A stretch of 64,000 nucleotides of DNA from the NCBI GenBank assembly GCA_045863335.1, contig BTVY01000001.1:32001-96000 (forward strand), in the 5' to 3' direction. The notes under the pieces were generated by a model that saw nothing but the letters and a program-made list of their open reading frames with translations, was not told the DNA's origin and searched no databases. Numbering within the stretch: the stretch's first letter is position 1; every line of letters begins with the position of its first letter. The position numbers and the translations under genes were made by a program. Origin of the DNA: Candidatus Hydrogenedentota bacterium (GTDB lineage: Bacteria > Hydrogenedentota > Hydrogenedentia > Hydrogenedentales > SLHB01). Below, piece by piece: positions 39,537 to 48,275 of this stretch.

Positions 39537-40766
39537 TCAGCCCGTTACAGAGGCAAATGCGCGCATCGTATGCTTGACGGCCTTGTCGCCGGACCGCACG
39601 GTAAACGATACGGATTCATTCTTCAATCCCGGTCCCGCATCCGGCCGGACGCCGAGATCGAGAAACTTCGTGTTCGGCTTGTCCCCGTCCCGAACCGCCA
39701 CGCTAAAGGCTTCACCGGTAACCTCCACGTCGTCCAGGGAAAAGTCGGTCTCGGAACTGACTACGGCAGTGGCGATCTGGGAGCTGCCGGGATCGACAGC
39801 GTTTCGCACGCTCAGCATGGTTGGCGTAACGCTGAAGAACGACTCCACATTTGCGGAAACGCGATAGGCGAAGCGGTCGACCCGCTTCGTGTTCGTCAGA
39901 ATGTAGAAGGAGTCGCTGAATGTCCCCACGGGCAAATCCGGGGCGAACTTCACCACGATCTCCCACTCCTTGCGCTCGGGATCGGCCCACTCGCTCTGGG
40001 GCCGTTCTTTCAGATCGAGCGTATATTGAATCTCGCCGGAATCCACATCCGTGTCCTCCGGGCCGGATTTTCGCGTGGCATTGCGGCCCGGGCGAACTTC
40101 CGTGACTTCCAGATCGGTTGCGTTGGCCTCGCGCAACACCACACGCGCTTCGGTGGATTCGCCGTTCTGGATGGTGCCCAACTCCAGGGACTCCGGCTCC
40201 ATGGTGAATTCGGGGAGCACCTGTGCCTCCACCGCCACTTCCAAGGATGGGGTCACGGGGTCGGACGACATCAACGTCAGCACCTTCCGCGAATGGAATC
40301 CGGGGACCCGGAACGGATCCAAGGTAATCGTCATGTCCATCTTCGCGTTCGGGGGAATTACCGTCTCGGCTTTGCCGTTCTCCCCGGTTACGTTCTTGGT
40401 CATTTGGCCCTGGGTGCAACCGCACGTGGTTCGAATATCGAGTATCTTCAGCGGTGCGTCGCCACGGTTGTAGACTGCCATCGTCGCGGTCGTCGGTTTC
40501 GTATTGTCAACCACTCCCATATTGAAGTCGGTGGTTTCTACTTCGATCTTGGCCGCGCCGGGTGTGTTGGCGCCGCCCCCGGCGATCAGCCCGTCATGAG
40601 AACTGGAACCTTGGCCGGATTCTCGCAACGCGGACACTTCCTCAAGGAAATCGCGGGAATCGCCGTCCAACTTCGTGGCGCCGCTCGTCCGAATATAGGC
40701 CACGAGAAAGAACCCTCCAATCAGAACGAGAGTCCCCGCGATTACATGACTCGATCGAATTCGCAT
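39537..40766 (-). CDS. DUF1573 domain-containing membrane-anchored protein
   Basis: N-terminal TM segment; N.GD.PL.I..I.TTCGCT signature followed by Ig-like repeats. Confidence 0.85.
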   Translation of the reverse strand: MRIRSSHVIAGTLVLIGGFFLVAYIRTSGATKLDGDSRDFLEEVSALRESGQGSSSHDGLIAGGGANTPGAAKIEVETTDFNMGVVDNTKPTTATMAVYNRGDAPLKILDIRTTCGCTQGQMTKNVTGENGKAETVIPPNAKMDMTITLDPFRVPGFHSRKVLTLMSSDPVTPSLEVAVEAQVLPEFTMEPESLELGTIQNGESTEARVVLREANATDLEVTEVRPGRNATRKSGPEDTDVDSGEIQYTLDLKERPQSEWADPERKEWEIVVKFAPDLPVGTFSDSFYILTNTKRVDRFAYRVSANVESFFSVTPTMLSVRNAVDPGSSQIATAVVSSETDFSLDDVEVTGEAFSVAVRDGDKPNTKFLDLGVRPDAGPGLKNESVSFTVRSGDKAVKHTMRAFASVTG

Positions 40767-40770
40767 AGCT

Positions 40771-41781
40771 TCACTCCGCGCGGAATCGCACGCCGTACCG
40801 CGCCTCCGCATCTCGTAACGCGCCGGACAGGTTTTCGTAGGTCGCCGGGGTCACCTCCCGTTTGACCTCCATTGCCATGAGCAGCGCGCCTACAACCGGC
40901 TCGTACGTTGGCATGATGGTCCGTGCCTGCGGGCACTCCTGGTGGAGCACTTCCCGCATCGCATCGACCAGCACAGGACTGCTGCCCTTAAAAACACTTC
41001 CGGCCATAACAACGTCAAAGTCTTCGTGAGACATTCCCAATTTGCGCGCCACGGCGTTCACCATGGCGCCCAGGTACTTGCCGCCACTGCGTAGGATATC
41101 ACAAGCAGCCGCGTCGCCTTCAAACGCCGCGTCGAACACCAGTTTCGCCATGGGCTCGAGGTCGAAGTAGGTAATTTCCCGTCGGTATAGCTTGTAGAAC
41201 AATTCCTCGACCGAAGAGCACCCCGCCCGCTCCACGAATTTCCGGGTCAACAGGGTTTCGGGAATGATGCCGTCGCGAGCCTGCCAGACTCTCTGAATTC
41301 CCTGGCGCCCAATATCAGAGCCCGAACAAATGTCGCCAAATTCCGGGCCCAGCCCGCCTACGCGCGCATGGTCACCGGCACGATTCTTGCCGGCGGAGAC
41401 GCAGCCCGTGCCGCAGGCAATCACGATTCCGTATGGCTCACGCGTACCGCCGCGCAGGCCGGCCATGGAATCGTTCTGAAAATCCCGCGGGATGTCGCCG
41501 AACAAGGGTGTAAAAATCTCCCGCTCGAGCATTTCGTAGTCTTCCGGGATATCGGCCCCGGCGATACCCATACCGATGGCGTCGATATCGGAGAGCGCCA
41601 GCCCGGCACACGCGAGCGCTGACTCAACGGCCTTCCGGTTCTCCTCTCGTGCGGGCCCTACGCCGTGGAATTCATAATTCCCCGTGCCCGCCTTGCCAAA
41701 TCCTTTGATATGGCCATTTTCGTCGCCGATCAGGCAGAAGGTTTTGGTGCCCCCTGCATCCAACCCCAGATAATGCTTCAT
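40771..41781 (-). CDS. BadF/BadG/BcrA/BcrD-type ATPase (N-acetylglucosamine kinase-like)
   Basis: LGLDAGGTKT, G.AG.D, ND, GIVIACGTG, GG.G..FGD..SG. Confidence 0.88.
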   Translation of the reverse strand: MKHYLGLDAGGTKTFCLIGDENGHIKGFGKAGTGNYEFHGVGPAREENRKAVESALACAGLALSDIDAIGMGIAGADIPEDYEMLEREIFTPLFGDIPRDFQNDSMAGLRGGTREPYGIVIACGTGCVSAGKNRAGDHARVGGLGPEFGDICSGSDIGRQGIQRVWQARDGIIPETLLTRKFVERAGCSSVEELFYKLYRREITYFDLEPMAKLVFDAAFEGDAAACDILRSGGKYLGAMVNAVARKLGMSHEDFDVVMAGSVFKGSSPVLVDAMREVLHQECPQARTIMPTYEPVVGALLMAMEVKREVTPATYENLSGALRDAEARYGVRFRAE

Positions 41782-41874
41782 GAATTCCTCTTTTCCACGA
41801 CGCTCAATATGCAACGGCGCGCGAGACCGAAGTCCCGCGCGCCGATTCCAGTACGCGTATCGAATTCGTCCGGC

Positions 41875-42720
41875 TTAATTGCCGCGAACTTGCCGGAGGC
41901 GTTCCCGTGCTTGATCCGTGACTTCCGAAAGCGGATAGTTCTCAACCAAGTCCGTCCAAAGTTCGATGGCGCGCTGCGTTTGCCCCAGGGCGATGTGACA
42001 ATCCGCCTGGCGCGTCATGGAATACGCGGCCTTAAGGTTGTCCGGTCCCGGGTAATTACTCCGCACCTTCTCGAACTCGGCGATGGCCGTTTCGTTCTGT
42101 CCCAGCTTCCGAAACGACTCCGCTTTCCAGAACTGGGCGTTCGCCGCATTATTCGCCGTCGGATACCGTTGCAGGAACCCGTCGTACAATGCAATGGCCT
42201 GCTCGTAATCATCGTTCAGGAAGGCCTGCTGCGCCTTGTTGTACTCCGTCAACGCGTTGGAAGCGGCGTCGCCGGCCGGAGGCGCCTCCGGTACCGGAGC
42301 TTCCGACATCGCGGCAGGCGGGATCTCAGCGCCACCAGCTGGGGGGGTAACGACAACCGGAGGCTCGAATCCTGGCGCCGCTCCACTGCGAGGCCCGGAT
42401 CGCCCGAATTCCTGGTAGATGACCGTGGCCAAGCGATCCAGTGACTCCTGGAGCGCTTCCAGCTTCGCCTGGTTCTCCTCGACCTTGGTCTGCAGCTGAC
42501 GCGTGGTCGTTTCGCTCGCTTCGACCTTTGCCGTCAGTTCTGCCGCGGTCTCGTTGAGTTGCGTGATCCGCGGGCCGAGGTCCGTTTCCAGGTTCTTCGC
42601 AATGCGATGGGTCGCATACACGGAATTGGCAACCTGATCGCCGCTGGAGCTTGTCGTAGCACAACCGGAACTGAGCGCTGCCAACGCCGTCATCCCCGCC
42701 AGGGCAGTCCTGAAACGCAT
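41875..42720 (-). CDS. cpoB: Tol-Pal system TPR lipoprotein CpoB/YbgF
   Basis: Lipobox SSGC, coiled coil, TPRs (FLQRYP...A.NAQFWKAE); directly downstream of pal. Confidence 0.82.
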   Translation of the reverse strand: MRFRTALAGMTALAALSSGCATTSSSGDQVANSVYATHRIAKNLETDLGPRITQLNETAAELTAKVEASETTTRQLQTKVEENQAKLEALQESLDRLATVIYQEFGRSGPRSGAAPGFEPPVVVTPPAGGAEIPPAAMSEAPVPEAPPAGDAASNALTEYNKAQQAFLNDDYEQAIALYDGFLQRYPTANNAANAQFWKAESFRKLGQNETAIAEFEKVRSNYPGPDNLKAAYSMTRQADCHIALGQTQRAIELWTDLVENYPLSEVTDQARERLRQVRGN

Positions 42721-42733
42721 GGTACATGTACCC

Positions 42734-43270
42734 CTATCGGTTCGCTTTGTTGAACTCACAACGCCGGTTCTGCGCCCATGCTGCTTCCGTGTGACCCAAG
42801 TCCACCGGATCTTCTTCACCGTAGCTGATCGTGATCAGACGGTCGCCGGAAATCCCCAAGCGAATCAGGTGGTCGCGGGTCGCCAACGCGCGTTTCTCGC
42901 CCAGGGCCAAGTTGTAATCCTGGGTGCCCCGCTCGTCGCAGTGCCCTTCAATCTGCACATATACGTTCGGATACTGCTTCAAGACTTCCGCATTGTGACG
43001 CAGCGTCTCCAGGGCATCCGGGCGCAGCGTGTAGCTGTCGTAATCGAAATAGATGGTCCGCACGCCTTCGGCGGACTCAAATACGAGGGATTCCACGTCA
43101 ACATCCGGCAGGCCGCTTCCCGTCGTTTCCTCGGGTCCCGGTCCCGTGGGGGTCGTGGTGGTCAACCCCGGGTCAATGGGAGCCGGTTTCTTGCTCTTAC
43201 ACCCCGTTGAAACGGCCAGCGCAAGAACGATACAAAGCCCGCACAGCATTCCACTCCGCAGGTAGCTCAT
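42734..43270 (-). CDS. pal: Peptidoglycan-associated lipoprotein
   Basis: Lipobox STGC; IYFDYD, IEGHCDERGT..YNLALGEKRA, SYGEE.P, NRR. Confidence 0.96.
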   Translation of the reverse strand: MSYLRSGMLCGLCIVLALAVSTGCKSKKPAPIDPGLTTTTPTGPGPEETTGSGLPDVDVESLVFESAEGVRTIYFDYDSYTLRPDALETLRHNAEVLKQYPNVYVQIEGHCDERGTQDYNLALGEKRALATRDHLIRLGISGDRLITISYGEEDPVDLGHTEAAWAQNRRCEFNKANR

Positions 43271-43563
43271 GTGAAAGAATCCTCCAAGGTCAGTTTTTTT
43301 TGAGACTATGATTCTACCAAATCCGCAAAACGCGATCAAACCAGCTTATTCCAATGACTTATATGCCCAATCGGAGCCAAAAGTTGCCTGAAATGCAAAT
43401 TCCAATGATTTAGCTGATTGATCGCGGGCGACTACGCCCATATTGTACACCAATCTTTACTGATCCACAAAATCTTGTAATGCACCGCGCGGCGTCTTCA
43501 ACATCCGCTCGCGTATCGCACTGACGCGTCCACCTCCACCTTCCACACCAATCCGATATTCTC

Positions 43564-44787
43564 TTACAGCGCCAGATTCTCCCGAATGCTGCTGACGGCC
43601 GCCTCAATGTCTTCGGCGTGGCCAAAGGCGCTCAACCGGAAGAACCCTTCGCCGCTGGGCCCGAACCCGGACCCGGGCGTGCCCACCACGTGGGCCTCAT
43701 TCAGGAGCTTGTCGAAGAACTCCCATGAACTCGTGCCGTTCGGGGTCTGCATCCACACGTAGGGCGCGTTATCGCCGCCGTACACGGTGAGGCCCAGCGC
43801 TTCGAGGCCGTCCTTGATGGTTCGGGCATTCTTCATGTAATACGCCACCATCTCCGCACACTCGCGCTGTCCGGTTTCGGACATGACCGCGAGACCGCCT
43901 TCCTGCACGATATTGGACGCGCCATTGAACATGGTCGTCTGACGCCGGTTCCAGAGGCGATGAACTTTCCCGGCCTCCGCGTTCTCGCAGACGAGGGCCT
44001 TGGGCACCACGCTCCAGCCGAGGCGCACACCGGTGAACCCGGCCTCCTTCGAGAAACTGCTGATCTCGAGAGCGCACTCCGTCGCCCCCTCGATCTCGAA
44101 AATCGACCGGGGCAATTCCGGGTCGCTGATGAACGCCGCGTACGCGGAGTCGAAAATGATGACGGCCTTCACCTCGCGCGCGTAATCGACAAATGTCTTC
44201 AACTGTTCCCGGGTCGCCACCGCCCCCGTGGGGTTGTTCGGGCTGCACAGGTAAATGAGATCGACTTTACCCTCGGGGACCGCAGGAATAAATGCATTGT
44301 CCGCCGTACACGGCATGTAGACAAGCCCCTGAAACCGACCGTCTTTCCATTGCCCTGTCCGGCCGGCGATGACATTGCTGTCCACATACACGGGATACGC
44401 GGGATCCTGCACCGCGACACTGTTATCAACGCCGAAAATGGACTGAATATTCGCCGAATCGGGCTTCGCCCCGTCACTCACAAAGACTTCATCCGGTTCA
44501 ATGGACACCCCGAGACCCCGGTATCGATCCGCCAAGGCCTGCCGAAGTTCTGTATTCCCCTGCTCCGCGCCGTACCCCGTATAGGTTTGCACGTCCGCCA
44601 GCTTATCGACCCCTCGGTGGAGGCCCGCAATGACCGATGAGGTCAGCGGCTCGGTCGTATCGCCGATTCCCAGGCGCATGATCTTGGCATCGGGGTGCTC
44701 CGCCTGAAAGGCGCGAGTTCGTTTGGCGATTTCGGGAAACAGATACCCCGCCTGAAGCTTGTCGTAGTTCAAGTTCAATGTTGCCAT
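43564..44787 (-). CDS. dapL: LL-diaminopimelate aminotransferase
   Basis: YLFPEI, LGIGD, SDGAK, DP.YPVY, CSPNNPTG, SFSK.AGFTG.R. Confidence 0.95.
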   Translation of the reverse strand: MATLNLNYDKLQAGYLFPEIAKRTRAFQAEHPDAKIMRLGIGDTTEPLTSSVIAGLHRGVDKLADVQTYTGYGAEQGNTELRQALADRYRGLGVSIEPDEVFVSDGAKPDSANIQSIFGVDNSVAVQDPAYPVYVDSNVIAGRTGQWKDGRFQGLVYMPCTADNAFIPAVPEGKVDLIYLCSPNNPTGAVATREQLKTFVDYAREVKAVIIFDSAYAAFISDPELPRSIFEIEGATECALEISSFSKEAGFTGVRLGWSVVPKALVCENAEAGKVHRLWNRRQTTMFNGASNIVQEGGLAVMSETGQRECAEMVAYYMKNARTIKDGLEALGLTVYGGDNAPYVWMQTPNGTSSWEFFDKLLNEAHVVGTPGSGFGPSGEGFFRLSAFGHAEDIEAAVSSIRENLAL

Positions 44788-44917
44788 GACTGTAAATTCG
44801 GCTCCTATCGTTCGTTCCCACGCTGAGAAGGGGCAAGATGATACCTGAAACTACTTCAACGATGCACATCTTTGGATAGGTGAATGGACGATTCGCGCAG
44901 GTCCGCAGGATTATTCG

Positions 44918-47900
44918 CTAAGCCTCCGGGGAGTCCTCGTCCTTCTTCGCCGTGATGAGATACAGAATGGGCAAAACGAAGAGCGTCAGCACTGTCGCCG
45001 TCAGTATCCCGCCGACCACCACTGTGGCGAGAGGCCGTTGGACCTCCGCGCCCACGCCCGTGGACAAGGCCATGGGGATGAAGCCGACAGCATCGGTGAT
45101 CGCGGTCGCCAGAACCGGGCGAAGGCGTTGCTTGCCGGCCGCGAGTACGGCGTCTCGAATCGCCAATCCATCAGCAAGGAACGATCGAATCGCGGCGACA
45201 AGCACCTGCCCATTCAGCACCGCGATACCCGACAGCGCGATGAACCCGACCGCAGCACTCACGCTGAACGGGATGTCCCGTATCCACAGCGACACAATAC
45301 CGCCAATCGCCGCGAAGGGAACGCCCGTGTAAATGATCAAGACGTCACGAAAACTCTTGAGGCTGAGGTACAGCAACACGAATACCAGCAACAGTGTCAA
45401 CGGCACGATGATGGCCAGCCGCAGTCGCGCGCGTTCGAGATTCTGGAATTGCCCGCCCCATTCGATGAGGTAGCCTTCCGGAAGATCGACTTCCTCCGCG
45501 ATACGCCGCTGCGCTTCGTCCACGAAAGATGCCACGTCCCGGTCGCGGACGTTCGTCTGCACGCGGATGAGACGCCGTCCCCATTCGCGGTTGATCGTGG
45601 CAGGACTATTCGTCTCGACCACGTCCGCCAACTCGTGCAGCTCAAGTTGCGTGCCTTGGTCCGTGGGAACCAACGCCTCTTTCAGGCGCTCCGGGTCCTC
45701 GCGAAAACTGTCCGGAAGCCGCAGCACGAAGGGGAACGTCCGCTGGCCTTCGTAGATGGTCCCCACGTCCGTCCCGCCAACCGCTTCGACAAAATCCAGC
45801 ACGTCGCCTGCGGGGACTCCATAACGTGCGATGCGGTTCTGGTCGACGCGAACTTGAACGGTTGGTTGGCCCGTCAATTGATCCACGGAGATGTCCGCCG
45901 CGCCGTCCACGTCGAGGAGCACACGCTGAATGTCGTCGGAGATCCGGACCAGTTCATCGAAGTCGTCGCCGAAAATCTTGATGCCCACGTCCGAACGCAT
46001 ACCCGAGGTCAGCTCGTTCATACGCAGCTCGATGGGCTGAGAGTAGGCAACGTTAATACCCGGCAAATCGCTCAGAACCTCTTCGACACCCGCCAACAGC
46101 TCCGCTTGTGTGCTGACGCGGGTCCACTGATTCCGCGGATGAAGCGTGAGGAATACGTCGGTCAGCTCGATACCCATGGGATCGGTGGCGACTTCCGCGG
46201 ACCCGATTCGGCTCCACACGTATTGGATCTCATCGGGAAACGCATCCAGCAGTAACTGCTCCATGCGCGTGTTGTAGCGCACGGAGGTGTCGATAGACAC
46301 GCCCGCCAGCCGGATCACGTTCGCCACGATGGCGCCTTCACTCAGTCGCGGCACGAACTCCCCGCCGAGGCGAGTCGCCAGTCCCGCGGTAGCGGACAGC
46401 GCAATGACCGTCAATGCGAGCACAAGCCATCGCAGCTTCAACGCGCCGCCCAGGAAGAATCCGTAAATCTCGGTCAAGAAGTACGAGAACCCCTTGCGCT
46501 CGGGCCGCGCGTTTCGCGGGAGCACGTAGTACGACAGCACCGGCGACAGGAACACCGCGATGAGCAACGCGCCGAGCATGGCCAGGATGAAGGTCCACGC
46601 CATCGGTTTGAACATCTTCCCTTCTATCCCCTGAAGGGTCAGAATCGGGAAAAACACGATGAGAATAATGCCCATCCCGAATGCGATGGGACGCACGACT
46701 TCCTGGCTCGAGCGGATGATGCACGCAAGCCGTTCGGCGCGGGTCAATTTACGCCCCTGCCGCTCCTGCTCGTCGCGGAGCCGCCGCAGATTGGCTTCCG
46801 TCATCACCACGGATCCGTCCACCAGAATTCCAAAGTCGATCGCGCCAAGGCTGAGTAGGCTCGCCGCAATGGACAACTCGAACATGCCGAGCACGGCGAA
46901 CAGCATCGCGATGGGGATCGTGATCGCGACGAGCAAGCCTGCGCGCACGTTGCCCAGGAGCAGGAACAAGACGACAATGACGAAGACCGCGCCCAGGATT
47001 AGATTGTGCTGCACCGTTCCGATCACTTCCGCGATCAGATCGGTGCGGTCGTAGACCACATCGATAACGATGTCTTCCGGCAGCGCGGTCGCCGCGAGTT
47101 GCAGTTGCTCCCGCAAAGCCTGCGTCACATCCTGGCTGTTCTCGCCGAGCAACATGAAGCCGAGGCCCAGCAAGGCCTCGCCCTGCCCCTGAAACGTCAC
47201 CGCACCACGGCGAATCTCGTGGTCGACCCGCACTTCGGCGAGATCGTGAATGTGTAGCGGCGTGCCTTCGAACGCGGCGACGACAATGTTCTCGATCTCT
47301 TCGACCGTCGACACACGACCCAACCCGTGGACCAGCAAACTTTCTCCCGTTCGCTCAATCTGCCCACCGCCCACGTTTCCGTTGTTTCGCTCGAGCGCAT
47401 CCTTCACGTTCGCCAGGGTGAGGCCGTACTTGATCAGCGACTCCGGACTGACGATAACGTGAAACTGTTTCTCGAAGCCGCCCCAACTGTTCACTTCCGC
47501 CACGCCGGAAACCTTGAGCAGCTCCGGCTTGACGACCCAGTCGTGGAGCGTGCGAATCTCCGTGACCGAACGGTTCGGATCGGTCGATCGCACGATGTAA
47601 TGGAGCACCTCGCCGAGACCAGTCGAGATGGGCCCCATCTCCGGGCGTTCGATGCTTTCCGGAAGTTGAACGCCATTGACGCGCTCCATGATGAATTGGC
47701 GCGCGTCATAGACGTCCGTGCGTTCGTCGAACGTCGCCACAACTTGCGACAGCCCGAATTTCGATATGGAGCGCACGTTTTCGAGACCGGGCAGTCCGGA
47801 TACCGCCAATTCAATGGGAAGCGTGATCTGCTGTTCGATTTCTTCGGCATTCAGCGCGGACGCAGTCGTGTTGATCTGCACCTGCGTGGGCGATGTGTCG

Positions 47901-48019
47901 GGGAATGCGTCAATCGGCAGGTCCGTCAGCCGCCACACGCCAACGCCGCAGACGACGGCGAATAGAATCAGGACGAGCAGACGGTTTTGAAGCGTCGCCG
48001 CAATAATCGAATTTAACAT
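44918..48019 (-). CDS. czcA: CusA/CzcA family heavy-metal RND efflux permease
   Basis: LPIDAFPD, SLGAIDFG..VDG, GAEVQRPLATVVVGG; 1033 aa. Confidence 0.96.
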   Translation of the reverse strand: MLNSIIAATLQNRLLVLILFAVVCGVGVWRLTDLPIDAFPDTSPTQVQINTTASALNAEEIEQQITLPIELAVSGLPGLENVRSISKFGLSQVVATFDERTDVYDARQFIMERVNGVQLPESIERPEMGPISTGLGEVLHYIVRSTDPNRSVTEIRTLHDWVVKPELLKVSGVAEVNSWGGFEKQFHVIVSPESLIKYGLTLANVKDALERNNGNVGGGQIERTGESLLVHGLGRVSTVEEIENIVVAAFEGTPLHIHDLAEVRVDHEIRRGAVTFQGQGEALLGLGFMLLGENSQDVTQALREQLQLAATALPEDIVIDVVYDRTDLIAEVIGTVQHNLILGAVFVIVVLFLLLGNVRAGLLVAITIPIAMLFAVLGMFELSIAASLLSLGAIDFGILVDGSVVMTEANLRRLRDEQERQGRKLTRAERLACIIRSSQEVVRPIAFGMGIILIVFFPILTLQGIEGKMFKPMAWTFILAMLGALLIAVFLSPVLSYYVLPRNARPERKGFSYFLTEIYGFFLGGALKLRWLVLALTVIALSATAGLATRLGGEFVPRLSEGAIVANVIRLAGVSIDTSVRYNTRMEQLLLDAFPDEIQYVWSRIGSAEVATDPMGIELTDVFLTLHPRNQWTRVSTQAELLAGVEEVLSDLPGINVAYSQPIELRMNELTSGMRSDVGIKIFGDDFDELVRISDDIQRVLLDVDGAADISVDQLTGQPTVQVRVDQNRIARYGVPAGDVLDFVEAVGGTDVGTIYEGQRTFPFVLRLPDSFREDPERLKEALVPTDQGTQLELHELADVVETNSPATINREWGRRLIRVQTNVRDRDVASFVDEAQRRIAEEVDLPEGYLIEWGGQFQNLERARLRLAIIVPLTLLLVFVLLYLSLKSFRDVLIIYTGVPFAAIGGIVSLWIRDIPFSVSAAVGFIALSGIAVLNGQVLVAAIRSFLADGLAIRDAVLAAGKQRLRPVLATAITDAVGFIPMALSTGVGAEVQRPLATVVVGGILTATVLTLFVLPILYLITAKKDEDSPEA

Positions 48020-48089
48020 GGATAAGGCTCCAGTGGATCAATTGACGGTTCGCAGCCACGGATGCTTCCAGGCACTGCCGATCGCTCTC

Positions 48090-48251
48090 AAGAACATCCC
48101 CCTCAATCCCCCTTCAAAGGGGGAATCGATCGCAACGCTACGCGTTGCGACTGCCACGCGACGTGCTACGTATAAGGCGAGGCCGACGTCACTCCCCTGA
48201 ATCGGCGGCTGGGCTATCCCCCTTTGAAGGGGGATAGAGGGGGATGTACTT
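48090..48251 (+). repeat. MITE/REP-like element, copy 3 (diverged), between the efflux adaptor and permease genes
   Basis: AAGAACATCCCCCTCAATCCCCCTTCAAAGGGGGAAT ... TCCCCCTTTGAAGGGGGATAGAGGGGGATGTACTT; internal hairpin TCGCAACGCTACGCGTTGCGA. Confidence 0.85.
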
Positions 48252-48275
48252 GACCGCAGTTGTGATGATCTGTAG

